Of a DNA stretch of 61,572 bases, positions 1 to 10,176 are shown piece after piece. The first letter of the stretch is position 1. Each line of letters opens with the position of its first letter. Made by a program: the position numbers and the translations under genes. The DNA comes from Candidatus Limnocylindrales bacterium. Lineage in GTDB: Bacteria; Moduliflexota; Moduliflexia; Moduliflexales; JAUQPW01. The stretch spans positions 1 through 61,572 of the forward strand of contig DATMBG010000033.1 of NCBI GenBank assembly GCA_035559535.1, written 5' to 3'. Below the pieces are notes generated by a model that ran no database searches, was not told where the DNA came from, and worked only from the letters and a program-made list of their open reading frames with translations.

Positions 1-123
1 GCTGAGTTCCAAGGCGCGAAGACGGCGGCCTTCGCGCCAATCCTTAGTTTGGTTTGACAGGGTCAGTTTCATAAAATTTATTTTACTTCCCTGTCTAACT
101 TATAGCTAGAGATTATTAGCAAT

Positions 124-450
124 TTATGCAAAGATCAGTAACAAGCCCGCGGTGCCAAAATCACAGGTGTGATTATTGGCCAGGGAAGCAAAGTTGACGC
201 GACCCGCTATCAGGGTAGCAACCACGCTGGGCTCAGCCCGAAAGTAAAAAGCTTTATACTCACCGTCATGCCAGGGTCGGGTCTCAGCAGTCAGAGCACA
301 TTCCAGATTGATGCAAAAGAGATCCGCCTTTCGTAGGACAGGTAAGGTATTACCCCAAGGATAAGCGAATCCTTTTAAGGAGATGATCCTATTTACCATA
401 CGGCCTAGCATGACATCTCCAGCAATTGCAAGAGTTATAAGGTGACCCAT
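124..450 (-). pseudogene. CapA/PGA_cap family metallophosphoesterase, 3'-truncated
   Basis: Motifs GDVMLGR, NLEC, SLANNHxxDFG; ORF stops just after NNHxxDFG at 108 aa, whereas family members are roughly three times longer. Confidence 0.8.
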
Positions 451-619
451 GAAATGTTCTCCCTTCCCAATGGGGATCTTTATTTTTTGACCGACTATAA
501 TGGAATACTTTAAATAAGTTTCCTTCGAGTTCCCAACAAGGATAATTCAAGCTTCTGCAAAACTATCTTTAATCCAGGTGCCTTGGATATTAACTTTGTT
601 GGGTCTGTAAATAATTTCC

Positions 620-635
620 GCAATCATCATGCCAA
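620..635 (-). promoter_or_regulatory. sigma-54 promoter upstream of CapA gene
   Basis: Minus strand TTGGCATGATGATTGC = TGGCAY-N5-TTGC. Confidence 0.8.
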
Positions 636-1053
636 AACTTCAAAATATGAAGATCTCACTTTGAGGTTTAGAATTACGGTTTAAAGTCGAAGATTAAAGG
701 CATGCAAAATGAGTCGTTTAGTTTTTTAGCTTCAGCTTCTAAAAAGTTATGCCTTTTGTCCAAAAATCTTGCGGGATCGGCCAAAATCTAATATCTATCC
801 CTTAGATTTATAAGAATATCGAATCATGTCAGAAATTAAGATGAAAATTTTCTGAAATCATTGTAAATTCAACAAGTGTAAAGTTTTTAATATCACATCA
901 GATAATGTTGGAAACTAGGACAAAAATTAATTTGCATAATTAACCAAAGAGATCCTTGGGATCATTCTTAAATGGTAAGAATTAAACCTTTTTTCTTGGC
1001 ACACTTCCAAAGTTTATTATATTTACCAACCAAACTTTTAAGATTGGGTGGCT

Positions 1054-1069
1054 TTGGCACGGCAATTGC
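1054..1069 (+). promoter_or_regulatory. sigma-54 promoter
   Basis: TTGGCACGGCAATTGC, near-perfect consensus. Confidence 0.85.
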
Positions 1070-1107
1070 GAAGTTTCCTTTTTAAGGAATCGATAAGACT
1101 AATACCT

Positions 1108-1320
1108 AGTCCATTTAATTCTGGCAATTGAATCAATCCTTAAAGCTCCAGAGGAGCGTCCTGGTCTTATAGGTAGCTTCCGGTGAAAGCTTTCCAAGCC
1201 TCGGAGGGGCTGTTTTAAGCATTGGATATACAAGGCGCTAAGGCTAGAAAAAGAAAGAATCCTCGTTTATAATCGCCCTGCTGGGGCTTTTAGGGAAATT
1301 TTATCTAAATTAAATGGATT
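1108..1320. mobile_element. MITE/REPIN-like non-coding element
   Basis: Terminal inverted repeat TCCATTTAATT (1110-1120)/AATTAAATGGA (1308-1318); internal imperfect inverted units AAAGCTCCAGAGGAGCG / CGCCCTGCTGGGGCTTT and a GCCTCGGAGGGGC hairpin. Confidence 0.55.
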
Positions 1321-1520
1321 GTGTGCCTAAATGATTACCAACTTGAACGTGTGTGGTAGGAACACGGGCGTCTTCAGCCGCTATGGTTGTAATCGGATAA
1401 AGATTAGAGGAGAGCTTTGACCGGGTTACTTTTGTCCGGATAAGAAAAGATTTATTTATCAGAGGCTAACTACTGCTGGAAGAGGCAATTGATGGAGTAA
1501 CCTGGTTAAGGTTTTGTTAT

Positions 1521-1772
1521 ATGCCAAAGAAAAAGATAAAAGATTCAGATTTTGAAGAGTTGCTAGAAGCCTGTCGAGAAGTCATCTATACTTATCATGA
1601 AGCTGCAAGCCCCAGAGTATCCTCAAATTTCGAAGAGGCCCTTGCAGAGCTTGAAGAGATAGTGGGAAAATACGGTCCTATTCCCCTTCCAGAGGAAGAA
1701 GAAGAGGAAGAGTGGAGTGGAGAAGAAGAAGAGGAACAGGAATGGGGTGAGGAGGAAGAGTACGACAAGTAA
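1521..1772 (+). CDS. small highly acidic hypothetical protein with poly-Glu tail
   Basis: 83-aa ORF; helical N-terminus and C-terminal EEEEEEEWSGEEEEEQEWGEEEEYDK. Confidence 0.65.
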   Translation: MPKKKIKDSDFEELLEACREVIYTYHEAASPRVSSNFEEALAELEEIVGKYGPIPLPEEEEEEEWSGEEEEEQEWGEEEEYDK

Positions 1773-1871
1773 TCTTTGAGTTTAGAGATCGGAAAGCAAT
1801 TCATCTCTATTTAGATTTAGTATAAAATATAAAAATCTAGTGACAGAGGACAAGATGATAGAAGGGAGAAA

Positions 1872-4487
1872 ATGGGCGCCCTTACACACCTAAGAAAAAC
1901 AAAAAAGAGCGTTATCCTGGCTAATAAAATTTCTACCACGATCATTACGGCGGGAGGTATTCTGGTGATTGTAGCTGTATCAGGGATTTTGCTTTTCCTG
2001 GTGATGGTTGTGATTCCGCTCTTTCAAGGAGCAAAAGTAACTTCTTTTACCTCCTATAAGCTTCCTTTAAAAGAGGTGGACCCACTCTTTGCCGAGGTGG
2101 ATGAATACCATTCCCTGGGAATCGTTCTATCCAGGAAGGGAATCCTCACCGCTTTTCATGCTGCTACTGGAGAGAAAATATTTGAAAAGGAGTTGATAAC
2201 TTCCGGGGCCGAAGTAACAGCGTTTTCCCGGACGTTGCGAGGTGGTTATACAGCCCTGGGACTGACCACTGGAGAGATCTCCTTGGGAAATCTCTCTTTT
2301 AAATCCTTGTTTCTCGAAGAAGAGAAAATTCCAGGGAGCCTCAAAAATCTAAATATCGGGGCACCTGTTATTTTCGAGAAAGGGGTTCTGCAGAGAGTCT
2401 CAGAAAGTTTATACCGAAAGATTGAAGTAAATATAGACTTTGCTTCACCCCTCAGAATAGGAGCAGGTGAGATTCCAGTGGTTTTAATAGATTATAAGCC
2501 TCTGGAAGACCAAAATGAAGCTATTGTGGGACTTAAGGCCGATGGTCAGTTACTCCTCAACAAGATTAAGAGGAAAAAGGACCTCCTCACGGGTAAAGTA
2601 ACGACGAGTTTGGATACATGGGAAATTCCTCACGAGTTTCCTCTAACCGGATCAACTCTTCCCAACAAACTTCTGTTGAACTCCTATGGGGATCAACTCT
2701 ATCTGGTTTGGAAGGATGGGACGCTCCATCGGTATAATCTTCGGGATCTTAAAAATCCCACCGTTGCTGAAAAAATAAACGTCGTTCAACCAGGGGTCGT
2801 GGGCAATGAACAACGAACACTCTCCCAGTTAAGCTTCATGATCGGAGACCAATCCTTAATCTCTGCAGATTCCTCTGGAAATGTCATAGCCTGGTTTCGG
2901 ATAGAAAGAGGCTGGAATGCCCGGGGAAGTGATGGATACGAACTTGTTCCAGCCCATAGCTTGGAAAAGCATCGAAGCGCAATATCCGTCCTGGCCATAT
3001 CGCCCCGAGATAAGAGCCTGGTTACCGCCGCACTGGGAGGGGAAATCTTTCTCCGCCACATGACTTCAGAAAGGGTTCTTATCCGGTTGGACCTCCCTTC
3101 TAAAGAAGAAATTATTACTCTCCAACTCACTCCCAAAGCAGATGGTATCTTTGCTGTAGATAAATCGCTGACAGCTTATATGTGGAAGATACACAATCCT
3201 CATCCAGAGATATCTTTAAAGACTATCTTCGGTAGGGTTTGGTATGAAGGGTATCCAGAGCCCACTTATACCTGGCAATCTTCCGGTGGTACAGACGATT
3301 TTGAGCCGAAGCTCAGTTTAATTCCCTTGATTTTTGGTACTTTTAAGGCAACCCTTTATTCCTTGTTATTTGCTATACCTGTTGCTATTTTGGCTGCAAT
3401 TTATACCTCTGAGTTTCTGGATAAAAAGCTTAAAGCTTTCTTAAAACCTGGGATCGAAATGATGGCCTTTTTACCCAGTGTCATTTTAGGCTTCATTGCT
3501 GCACTGATTTTGGCCCCCTTTGTTGAAAACTGGGTTTTATCGGTGATATTTGCCTTTGGAGTGACCCCTCTGATCCTCCTCTTGTTAGGTTATATCTGGC
3601 AACTTCTACCGAAAAGAATCACGCTCAGGCTCTCGGGTGTACGTCAACTTGTTAGTATTGCAGCAATTATGATTCTATGGATTGTTTTTTGCTTGACGGA
3701 CGATATAGGTTTACTTGTGGAGGATAAGGTTTTTAATGGAGATTTCAAAGCCTGGTTAGACGGGAAGACCGGAACCGGGACCCCCCTCTGGTTTGCGGTG
3801 TTTTTTCCATTTTCATTGCTCCTCACTTTCCTGACTCAGAAAAAGTATCTAGATCCGGTCATCCGGGAAAAAATATCTTATGCAAATCAGTTTACCATGG
3901 GTTTGATGGAGATTACCAAAGCACTCTCTGTTTTGATAGGATCAGTTCTTTTAAGTTATTGGGCAGGATGGTTTTTAACTGGGTTAGGTTTTGATGCCCG
4001 GGGTGAATTGGTGGGGACTTATGTGCAAAGAAATACCCTGATTGTGGGATTTGCCATGGGATTTGCTGTTATTCCCCTCATCTATACCCTTACCGAGGAT
4101 GCTTTATCCTCTGTTCCTGAGTCTTTACGTGCGGCCTCGTTAGCCTGTGGGGCTACACAATGGCAAACCACCACACGGATTGTTATACCTGCTGCGGCCA
4201 GTGGTATCTTCTCTGCTGTGATGGTTGGCTTAGGAAGAGCGGTTGGTGAGACAATGATTGTTGTGATGGCAGCCGGAAATACACCGATTCTGGATCTTAA
4301 TATTTTTAACGGATTTCGTGCATTGTCCGCTAATATTGCCATAGAGCTACCCGAAGCTGTTAAAGACAGTACGCTTTACCGGATGCTCTTCCTTGCGGCA
4401 CTTCTACTTTTTGGGATAACTTTTATCATCAATACGATAGCTGAGGTTGTCCGGATCAGATTTAGAAGTAAAACTTCTCAACTCTAA
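1872..4487 (+). CDS. pstC: phosphate ABC transporter permease PstC, long form with beta-propeller-like extracytoplasmic domain
   Basis: VWYEGYPEPTYTWQSSGG, PKLSLIPLIFGT, EDALSSVP, GRAVGETMIV; followed by pstA-pstB-phoU. Confidence 0.92.
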   Translation: MGALTHLRKTKKSVILANKISTTIITAGGILVIVAVSGILLFLVMVVIPLFQGAKVTSFTSYKLPLKEVDPLFAEVDEYHSLGIVLSRKGILTAFHAATGEKIFEKELITSGAEVTAFSRTLRGGYTALGLTTGEISLGNLSFKSLFLEEEKIPGSLKNLNIGAPVIFEKGVLQRVSESLYRKIEVNIDFASPLRIGAGEIPVVLIDYKPLEDQNEAIVGLKADGQLLLNKIKRKKDLLTGKVTTSLDTWEIPHEFPLTGSTLPNKLLLNSYGDQLYLVWKDGTLHRYNLRDLKNPTVAEKINVVQPGVVGNEQRTLSQLSFMIGDQSLISADSSGNVIAWFRIERGWNARGSDGYELVPAHSLEKHRSAISVLAISPRDKSLVTAALGGEIFLRHMTSERVLIRLDLPSKEEIITLQLTPKADGIFAVDKSLTAYMWKIHNPHPEISLKTIFGRVWYEGYPEPTYTWQSSGGTDDFEPKLSLIPLIFGTFKATLYSLLFAIPVAILAAIYTSEFLDKKLKAFLKPGIEMMAFLPSVILGFIAALILAPFVENWVLSVIFAFGVTPLILLLLGYIWQLLPKRITLRLSGVRQLVSIAAIMILWIVFCLTDDIGLLVEDKVFNGDFKAWLDGKTGTGTPLWFAVFFPFSLLLTFLTQKKYLDPVIREKISYANQFTMGLMEITKALSVLIGSVLLSYWAGWFLTGLGFDARGELVGTYVQRNTLIVGFAMGFAVIPLIYTLTEDALSSVPESLRAASLACGATQWQTTTRIVIPAAASGIFSAVMVGLGRAVGETMIVVMAAGNTPILDLNIFNGFRALSANIAIELPEAVKDSTLYRMLFLAALLLFGITFIINTIAEVVRIRFRSKTSQL

Positions 4488-4519
4488 TCGGCTATCAACC
4501 GCAGCTTTTCGGTCATCAA

Positions 4520-6265
4520 TTGTTAAAAGCTGATAGTCTGAGAGCCGGGAAATTGAAGAAAAGGAGAACTTCGAGATTTATTACACGGGGAGAACCTATA
4601 ATTTGGTTGACCGGAGGAGCCCTGGCTCTTGCTACCTTAATGATTCTCGGGTTACTTTTCCTGGTTTTTTATCAGGGAATCTTAACCTTTTGGCCCAAAC
4701 AGCTTGTCAGGATCATCGATCGACAGGGAAGGAGGTATCTGGGAGAAGTCTCTCGGCGAGAGCGCTATTATCCCGGTCAAGGGGATAGACGTATGGAAGT
4801 GCAGGAGTATGGAGGTAGAGAAGGATCCCCCACACTCCCACGTCCCCACTCCTCAAATGGGGTCACCGAAAGAATCCTGGTTAAGATCGGAAATTACGAT
4901 CTTTATGGCGAGGATTTCAGATGGATTCCCCTTTTTGAGATTCAGAAAAAAGAATATCCTCCGGAAGCTGTGACTTTAGAACGATTAGAATGGGGACCTT
5001 TCTACGGGTTTATGGAAGAGGTTCGGATCGATGGAAATACAGTAGCCAGAGGCCCTGAGGAGAGCTGGAAAAAGTTTAAAGAATTTCATAGCCCGGCGAG
5101 GGCACGATACTTAAAGATTAGGTCTATAGAAAAGAAAGATCTGGGAGAAGTCAACTTCCAATTAGAACGACTGAGATTAAACCTCAGAAGAGCTGAGTTA
5201 GCCTATGGAAGGAATACGGATCCTTATAATCAGATAAAAGCCCAAATCGAGAAGGAAGAAAGCCGATGGACAACCCGATATAACCAGCTTAGTGAAGAGA
5301 TTGCACAACTTCGTAGGGAAAATAACCGCTACCAGATTTTACTTAAAGAGGTAGGGGGAAGGACTAAGGAAATCAAGGTATTTGAGGTAATTCGCGCCTA
5401 TCATCCTAATCAGATGGATTTTATGGAAAAGCTTAGAGTCTATCTCTCTCGCTGGGGGGAGTTTTTAAGCAAAGAACCTCGCGAGGCTAACACAGAAGGC
5501 GGAGTCTTCCCGGCCATCTTTGGGACTTTCATGATGACAATCCTTATGTCTCTGGCTGTGGTTCCTTTTGGAGTGATCGCAGCTTTATACTTAAAGGAAT
5601 ACGCTAAGCAGGGACTTTTAATATCCAATGTGCGGATTGCAGTTAATAATCTGGCTGGTGTACCTAGCATCGTTTTTGGTGTCTTTGGCCTCGGCTTTTT
5701 CTGTTATAGAATTGGAGGGACCATCGATTCCATTTTTTTTCCTGAAAAGCTGCCGGTGCCTACCTTCGGTACCGGCGGGATTCTTTGGGCTTCTCTGACC
5801 TTAGCTTTACTTACAATACCTGTGGTTATTGTATCAACGGAAGAAGCCCTGGCAGCTGTTCCTCAAAGCGTACGAGAGGGTTCCTATGCCTGTGGTGCTA
5901 CTAAGTGGCAGACCATCCGAAGGATTGTGCTCCCTCAGGCAACTCCTGGTATCTTGACAGGGTTGATCCTCGCCATGGCCCGGGGAGCTGGCGAGGTCGC
6001 CCCCCTCATGATCACAGGTGTGGTTAAACTCGCTCCAGAACTCCCCTTAGACCGACATTTCCCTTATTTTCACCTGGAGAGAAGTTTTATGCATCTGGGA
6101 TTTCACATTTACGATGTGGGATTTCAATCTAGAAACTCGGAGGCCGGTAAACCTATGGTATTCACGACGACGCTTCTCCTGATTCTGCTGATTGTTACCT
6201 TGAATGCTGCGGCCATTTATCTGCGGAATAGATTGAGGAAAAAGTATCAAATAGGACATTTCTGA
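4520..6265 (+). CDS. pstA: phosphate ABC transporter permease PstA (long form)
   Basis: PREANTEGGVFPAIFGT, NNLAGVPSIVFG, ARGAGEVAPL; start uncertain (possibly TTG near 4553). Confidence 0.92.
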   Translation: MLKADSLRAGKLKKRRTSRFITRGEPIIWLTGGALALATLMILGLLFLVFYQGILTFWPKQLVRIIDRQGRRYLGEVSRRERYYPGQGDRRMEVQEYGGREGSPTLPRPHSSNGVTERILVKIGNYDLYGEDFRWIPLFEIQKKEYPPEAVTLERLEWGPFYGFMEEVRIDGNTVARGPEESWKKFKEFHSPARARYLKIRSIEKKDLGEVNFQLERLRLNLRRAELAYGRNTDPYNQIKAQIEKEESRWTTRYNQLSEEIAQLRRENNRYQILLKEVGGRTKEIKVFEVIRAYHPNQMDFMEKLRVYLSRWGEFLSKEPREANTEGGVFPAIFGTFMMTILMSLAVVPFGVIAALYLKEYAKQGLLISNVRIAVNNLAGVPSIVFGVFGLGFFCYRIGGTIDSIFFPEKLPVPTFGTGGILWASLTLALLTIPVVIVSTEEALAAVPQSVREGSYACGATKWQTIRRIVLPQATPGILTGLILAMARGAGEVAPLMITGVVKLAPELPLDRHFPYFHLERSFMHLGFHIYDVGFQSRNSEAGKPMVFTTTLLLILLIVTLNAAAIYLRNRLRKKYQIGHF

Positions 6266-6309
6266 AACAGAAAACATAACTCCCTGATGTTTTCTGTTAT
6301 ATCAATACC

Positions 6310-7128
6310 ATGAAAAAAAACCCACAGGAACTTGTAGATTCAGAGCCTGCCATTCATCCAGAACTTGAAGCTGAAAAGATAGTGTTGGATATAGACCATT
6401 TTAACCTTTGGTATGGCTCTCAGCAGGCGCTCTATGATATCAACATGCATATCCCTTCCCATAAAGTGACCGCTCTCATAGGACCCTCCGGATGTGGAAA
6501 ATCCACGTTGATACGTTCTATCAATCGATTGAACGATTTAATAGATAATGTCCGTATTGAAGGGGAAATATGGTTAAATGGAGATCCTATCTATGCACCT
6601 GACGCGGATGTCATTGAATTGCGAAAGCGGATTGGAATGGTCTTCCAAAAATTTAATCCCTTCCCTATGAGCATATACGAAAACGTAGCTTATCCCCTTC
6701 GGATTGATGGAGAGAATCGTAAAGCTATCCTGGATGAAGTTGTGGAGCAAAGTTTAAAAAGGGCTGCACTTTGGGATGAAGTTAAGGATCGGCTTCGTGC
6801 TTCGGCTCTGGAGCTTTCTGGAGGCCAACAACAACGCCTGTGTATCGCACGAGCCATTGCCGCAGAGCCGGAAATTCTGCTCATGGATGAGCCCGCTTCG
6901 GCCCTGGATCCCATAGCAACAGCAAAGATTGAAGATCTTATCCATACTCTAAAAAGGGAGTTTACCGTCATCATCGTAACGCATAATTTACAACAAGCCG
7001 CACGTGTTTCAGATTATACGGCTTTTATGTATCTGGGAAGACTTATTGAATTTGGCCCGACGGTAGTTATGTATCAAAACCCCATAAAATCCCAGACCGA
7101 AGATTACATAACCGGTCGATTCGGATAG
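6310..7128 (+). CDS. pstB: phosphate ABC transporter ATPase
   Basis: [32 protein letters not shown]-terminal YITGRFG. Confidence 0.97.
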   Translation: MKKNPQELVDSEPAIHPELEAEKIVLDIDHFNLWYGSQQALYDINMHIPSHKVTALIGPSGCGKSTLIRSINRLNDLIDNVRIEGEIWLNGDPIYAPDADVIELRKRIGMVFQKFNPFPMSIYENVAYPLRIDGENRKAILDEVVEQSLKRAALWDEVKDRLRASALELSGGQQQRLCIARAIAAEPEILLMDEPASALDPIATAKIEDLIHTLKREFTVIIVTHNLQQAARVSDYTAFMYLGRLIEFGPTVVMYQNPIKSQTEDYITGRFG

Positions 7129-7266
7129 GATTTGTCCGTAGCCCGTGGTTCACTGTCCCTTTGACCTCTTAATTAAGATTAGAATAGAGCCGGTCAGGAC
7201 AGGCTTTGAACTTACCGAGGGGCAAGTTCTTTACCGCTGATGATGGGCGACGGACAAGGGATAAAA

Positions 7267-8058
7267 ATGAGTGAGCACTTTTTTAGAGAACTTACAGAAT
7301 TAAAGACAAAGCTGGTCGATCTGGGTCAGAGAGCCATAATCCAATTGAGAAATGCCATTTCCTCTCTGCTAACTAATGACTCTGCTCTGGCCCAGAAAGT
7401 TATCGAGCAAGAGATCGAAGTAGATCAGCAGGAAGTCAAGATCGAAGAGGAATGTCTGAAGGTCATTGCCCTTTACCAACCGGTATCCAGGGATCTACGC
7501 CTGATAGCAGCTATCTTAAAAGCTAACAATGACCTGGAAAGAATTGCCGATCATGCGGTTAATATAGCTCAGATTATGCTGGCTCTCCAGGACCATCCCA
7601 TCAAAAATTTTCCCCCCCACCTGGGAGAAATGATTCAAAAAGTACTCGAGATCTGTCAGCGTGGACTTCAAGCATTTATAGATGGAAACCTGGAAGAGGC
7701 TAAAAACATTTGTAGGGAAGATCAAATTGTAGATGAATTGGAAAATTATATTTATGCCGAAACGAAAAAAGCTCGTGAGGAGGGAACCCTGGGATTTACC
7801 CATGCCCTTCAATTGCACCGATTTGCCAGAGAGCTGGAACGGGTTTCCGATCTCATAACCAACATTGCCGAAGATACCATTTATCTGATAACCGGTAAGA
7901 TTATTCGGCATAGCCAGGATGTAAAGGGTTATTCCATTCCTACAACTCCTACAAGTGACATCGTAATCAAAGCCTCTGAGGAATCATTCCCGGCAAGCGA
8001 TGCTCCGTCTTGGATACCTCTAACAACCCTGGGTCCTCCTCCGCCAGGCTTAAGATAA
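7267..8058 (+). CDS. phoU: phosphate signalling protein PhoU with extra C-terminal peptide
   Basis: QPVSRDLR, DLERIADHAVNIA, ELERVSDLITNIAED; follows pstB; ORF track start 7240 is an alternative. Confidence 0.93.
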   Translation: MSEHFFRELTELKTKLVDLGQRAIIQLRNAISSLLTNDSALAQKVIEQEIEVDQQEVKIEEECLKVIALYQPVSRDLRLIAAILKANNDLERIADHAVNIAQIMLALQDHPIKNFPPHLGEMIQKVLEICQRGLQAFIDGNLEEAKNICREDQIVDELENYIYAETKKAREEGTLGFTHALQLHRFARELERVSDLITNIAEDTIYLITGKIIRHSQDVKGYSIPTTPTSDIVIKASEESFPASDAPSWIPLTTLGPPPPGLR

Positions 8059-8083
8059 ATTTCATGATGAATCAGTCTGTTCG

Positions 8084-8521
8084 CTAGGTAGGATCCGATG
8101 GCCAAAGTGCACATAGCTCTTTAGGCAAGAGACTCTGGATATCCTTCAGTTCTCCCTCAGAGATTCGTTTGGTGAGTACCTTAAAAACTGCGCGGGCTAT
8201 CTGCTCGGGATTAACATTGGGGTCGTGCTTAAAGTATTCATGAATGTGATCCAGAAACTCCTCTTTGTGTTGGTCCTTGAAAGGTTTTCCTTTAAGATTC
8301 CAACCCTCATAGTAAAAACCACGAATCAACATGGGTAACTGAGCCCCCAGTTGAACGGCTTCCTCCACGGTCAGGCGGTCACGTAACGTGTGCAAAGTAG
8401 CACGCAGTGCCAGGTAGGCTTTGTGTTGATCCTCCCATCTTAATTCTTTCATAATATCCATCAGCCAGGTGTGTGTCTTCTGGACTGTAGTATCAAAGGC
8501 CTCTAATCCTGTTTCAGGCAT
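8084..8521 (-). CDS. DUF2267 family protein (copy 1)
   Basis: FDTTVQKTHTWL, ALRATLHTLRDRL, AQLPMLIRGFYYEGW; SD AAGGAGG before ATG 8521. Confidence 0.9.
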   Translation of the reverse strand: MPETGLEAFDTTVQKTHTWLMDIMKELRWEDQHKAYLALRATLHTLRDRLTVEEAVQLGAQLPMLIRGFYYEGWNLKGKPFKDQHKEEFLDHIHEYFKHDPNVNPEQIARAVFKVLTKRISEGELKDIQSLLPKELCALWPSDPT

Positions 8522-8568
8522 ACTCTTCTCCTCCTTTCGATAGAATCTCATCTCTTAAACAAACCCTC

Positions 8569-8584
8569 GCAATCAATATGCCAA
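8569..8584 (-). promoter_or_regulatory. sigma-54 promoter for DUF2267 copy 1
   Basis: Minus strand TTGGCATATTGATTGC. Confidence 0.85.
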
Positions 8585-8853
8585 ACCTCTTCAGGAATTG
8601 GCCTGGAATGCATCATCTGAAAATTGATAAGTTACGGTCTTGGCAGTCTTTCTCAGACCTTCCCTCACCTCAGGGCACATCTCCAATACTATCCTTGACC
8701 CTCTTCGAAACCCGGCTTTGGAATGGAAAGTTTGTTTTTTGTGGTAGGATTTGCAAAATAAGCATAAAACCCCCTGTGAAAGGCTGTGTCTTAATTCCTG
8801 AAACCGTTCGAGTCTCCCATAAAAAGGGGTTTTTATCAAAAAGGTAAAATTTT

Positions 8854-8870
8854 TGTCTTAATCTCTGACA
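8854..8870. promoter_or_regulatory. putative enhancer-binding-protein site TGTC-N9-GACA
   Basis: TGTCTTAATCTCTGACA; variants at 8787-8803 and 8909-8925. Confidence 0.6.
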
Positions 8871-9190
8871 TATCTCTTTATCTTGTAAATAGGAGATTTT
8901 GTTAGTATTGTAAAATTTTATGACAGAAAAAAGAGTTTTCCCTACAAAAAATTAAACTCTATCGAATATTGTAGAAATCCTATCCTAATTTAGAGTATTA
9001 TATAATATTTTTTCTTAATATTAAACCTTTGTAGACCTCAAAACAGAGAACAGATCTTTCTCTCTTCTAAGAATAGAGTAACTACGGGCGACTTATATCA
9101 ACAGATAGTCTGTGACAGGGTCGTCTATTATACCGATTCATCAAAGTAGTCGTACAAAAAGGAAATGGATTCCCCCCTTATTTCGAGGTT

Positions 9191-9206
9191 TTGGCATAAC
9201 CATTGC
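9191..9206 (+). promoter_or_regulatory. sigma-54 promoter for DUF2267 copy 2
   Basis: TTGGCATAACCATTGC. Confidence 0.85.
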
Positions 9207-9385
9207 CATATTAAAAGATAGAATTTTACTGCCTGTATATTGAAATACTGCATAAACTGTAAGGATAATGCCTTATGGCTACTTTCCTCCTCTGCAACTG
9301 AAAGAGAAAGGATGGAGGTAAGGTTGTTCGCTTCTAAAGCGGATCTGCGGATTTAATGGAAACTTAAAGGAAAGGAGGTGATTAG

Positions 9386-9823
9386 ATGGCTATGACCGGA
9401 TTAGGAGTTTTTGACAGTACAATTCAGAAGACTCATATCTGGCTCAATGATATCATGGAGGAGTTGGGCTGGAAGGACCGACAGAGGGCTTATCAGGCGT
9501 TACGTGTTACTTTACATGCACTCCGTGACCGTCTGACCGTGGAAGAGGCTGTCCAACTGGGAGCTCAATTACCTATGTTGGTTCGTGGCTTCTATTATGA
9601 GGGTTGGAATCTTAAAGGAAGACCTTTTAAGGAACGACATAAAGAGGAGTTCCTGGCTCATATTCGTAGTTATTTCAAAGATGACCCTGAGGTGGATCCT
9701 GAACGGGTCGTTCGTGCGATCTTCAAGGTACTCACCAAGCGGATCCCCGAAGGGGAAATTAAGGATATCAAACATCTCTTACCTGTGGAGTTACGAGAAC
9801 TCTGGCCCACAGAACCTACTTAA
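9386..9823 (+). CDS. DUF2267 family protein (copy 2)
   Basis: 105/145 residues identical to copy 1 (hand alignment); SD AAGGAGGTG. Confidence 0.92.
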   Translation: MAMTGLGVFDSTIQKTHIWLNDIMEELGWKDRQRAYQALRVTLHALRDRLTVEEAVQLGAQLPMLVRGFYYEGWNLKGRPFKERHKEEFLAHIRSYFKDDPEVDPERVVRAIFKVLTKRIPEGEIKDIKHLLPVELRELWPTEPT

Positions 9824-9925
9824 GATATAAACAGCCCAGAGTCCATCCCGGCTTATAAGAAAAGTTCTATATTCTGGAGCCCGATATCTCGATTGGAGTC
9901 AGTCTTTATTTTCAAGGATTAGGAG

Positions 9926-9941
9926 TTGGCATAGTTATTGC
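9926..9941 (+). promoter_or_regulatory. sigma-54 promoter for Hsp20 gene
   Basis: TTGGCATAGTTATTGC. Confidence 0.85.
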
Positions 9942-10133
9942 CATGTTTGATTAAGCAGACAAATCAGCAAAATCAGCTTTTTTCGGAATCCCAGGTCGAA
10001 GAGGATACTATAAGCATGATGAAGGTGACTCTTGAGTATCTCCAGGCCTGGCTCTAAAATCAGATCCTAAGGATTAATTAATTCGAAGAGCACAATACCT
10101 GTTAAGTTTCAAGTATCCCCAAACAGGAACGAT

Positions 10134-10169
10134 ATCTCTTTCGGCTTAATTAATCCAAAAGAAGGAGGT
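10134..10169 (+). promoter_or_regulatory. candidate RNA thermometer occluding the Hsp20 Shine-Dalgarno
   Basis: ATCTCTTTC (10134-10142) pairs over 9 nt, including two G-U pairs, with GAAGGAGGT (10161-10169). Confidence 0.45.
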
Positions 10170-10176
10170 TGGTATT

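Noticed and set aside
1835-1850. Pho box upstream of pstC
   Set aside because: Only one reverse-oriented CTGTCAC-like half-site, no 11-bp direct repeat
8578-8847. ORFs 8578-8847(+) and 8591-8839(-)
   Set aside because: Overlap promoter/enhancer DNA, no SD or recognisable motifs
10016-10057. 13-codon uORF in the Hsp20 leader
   Set aside because: Too short to support without conservation or ribosome-profiling data
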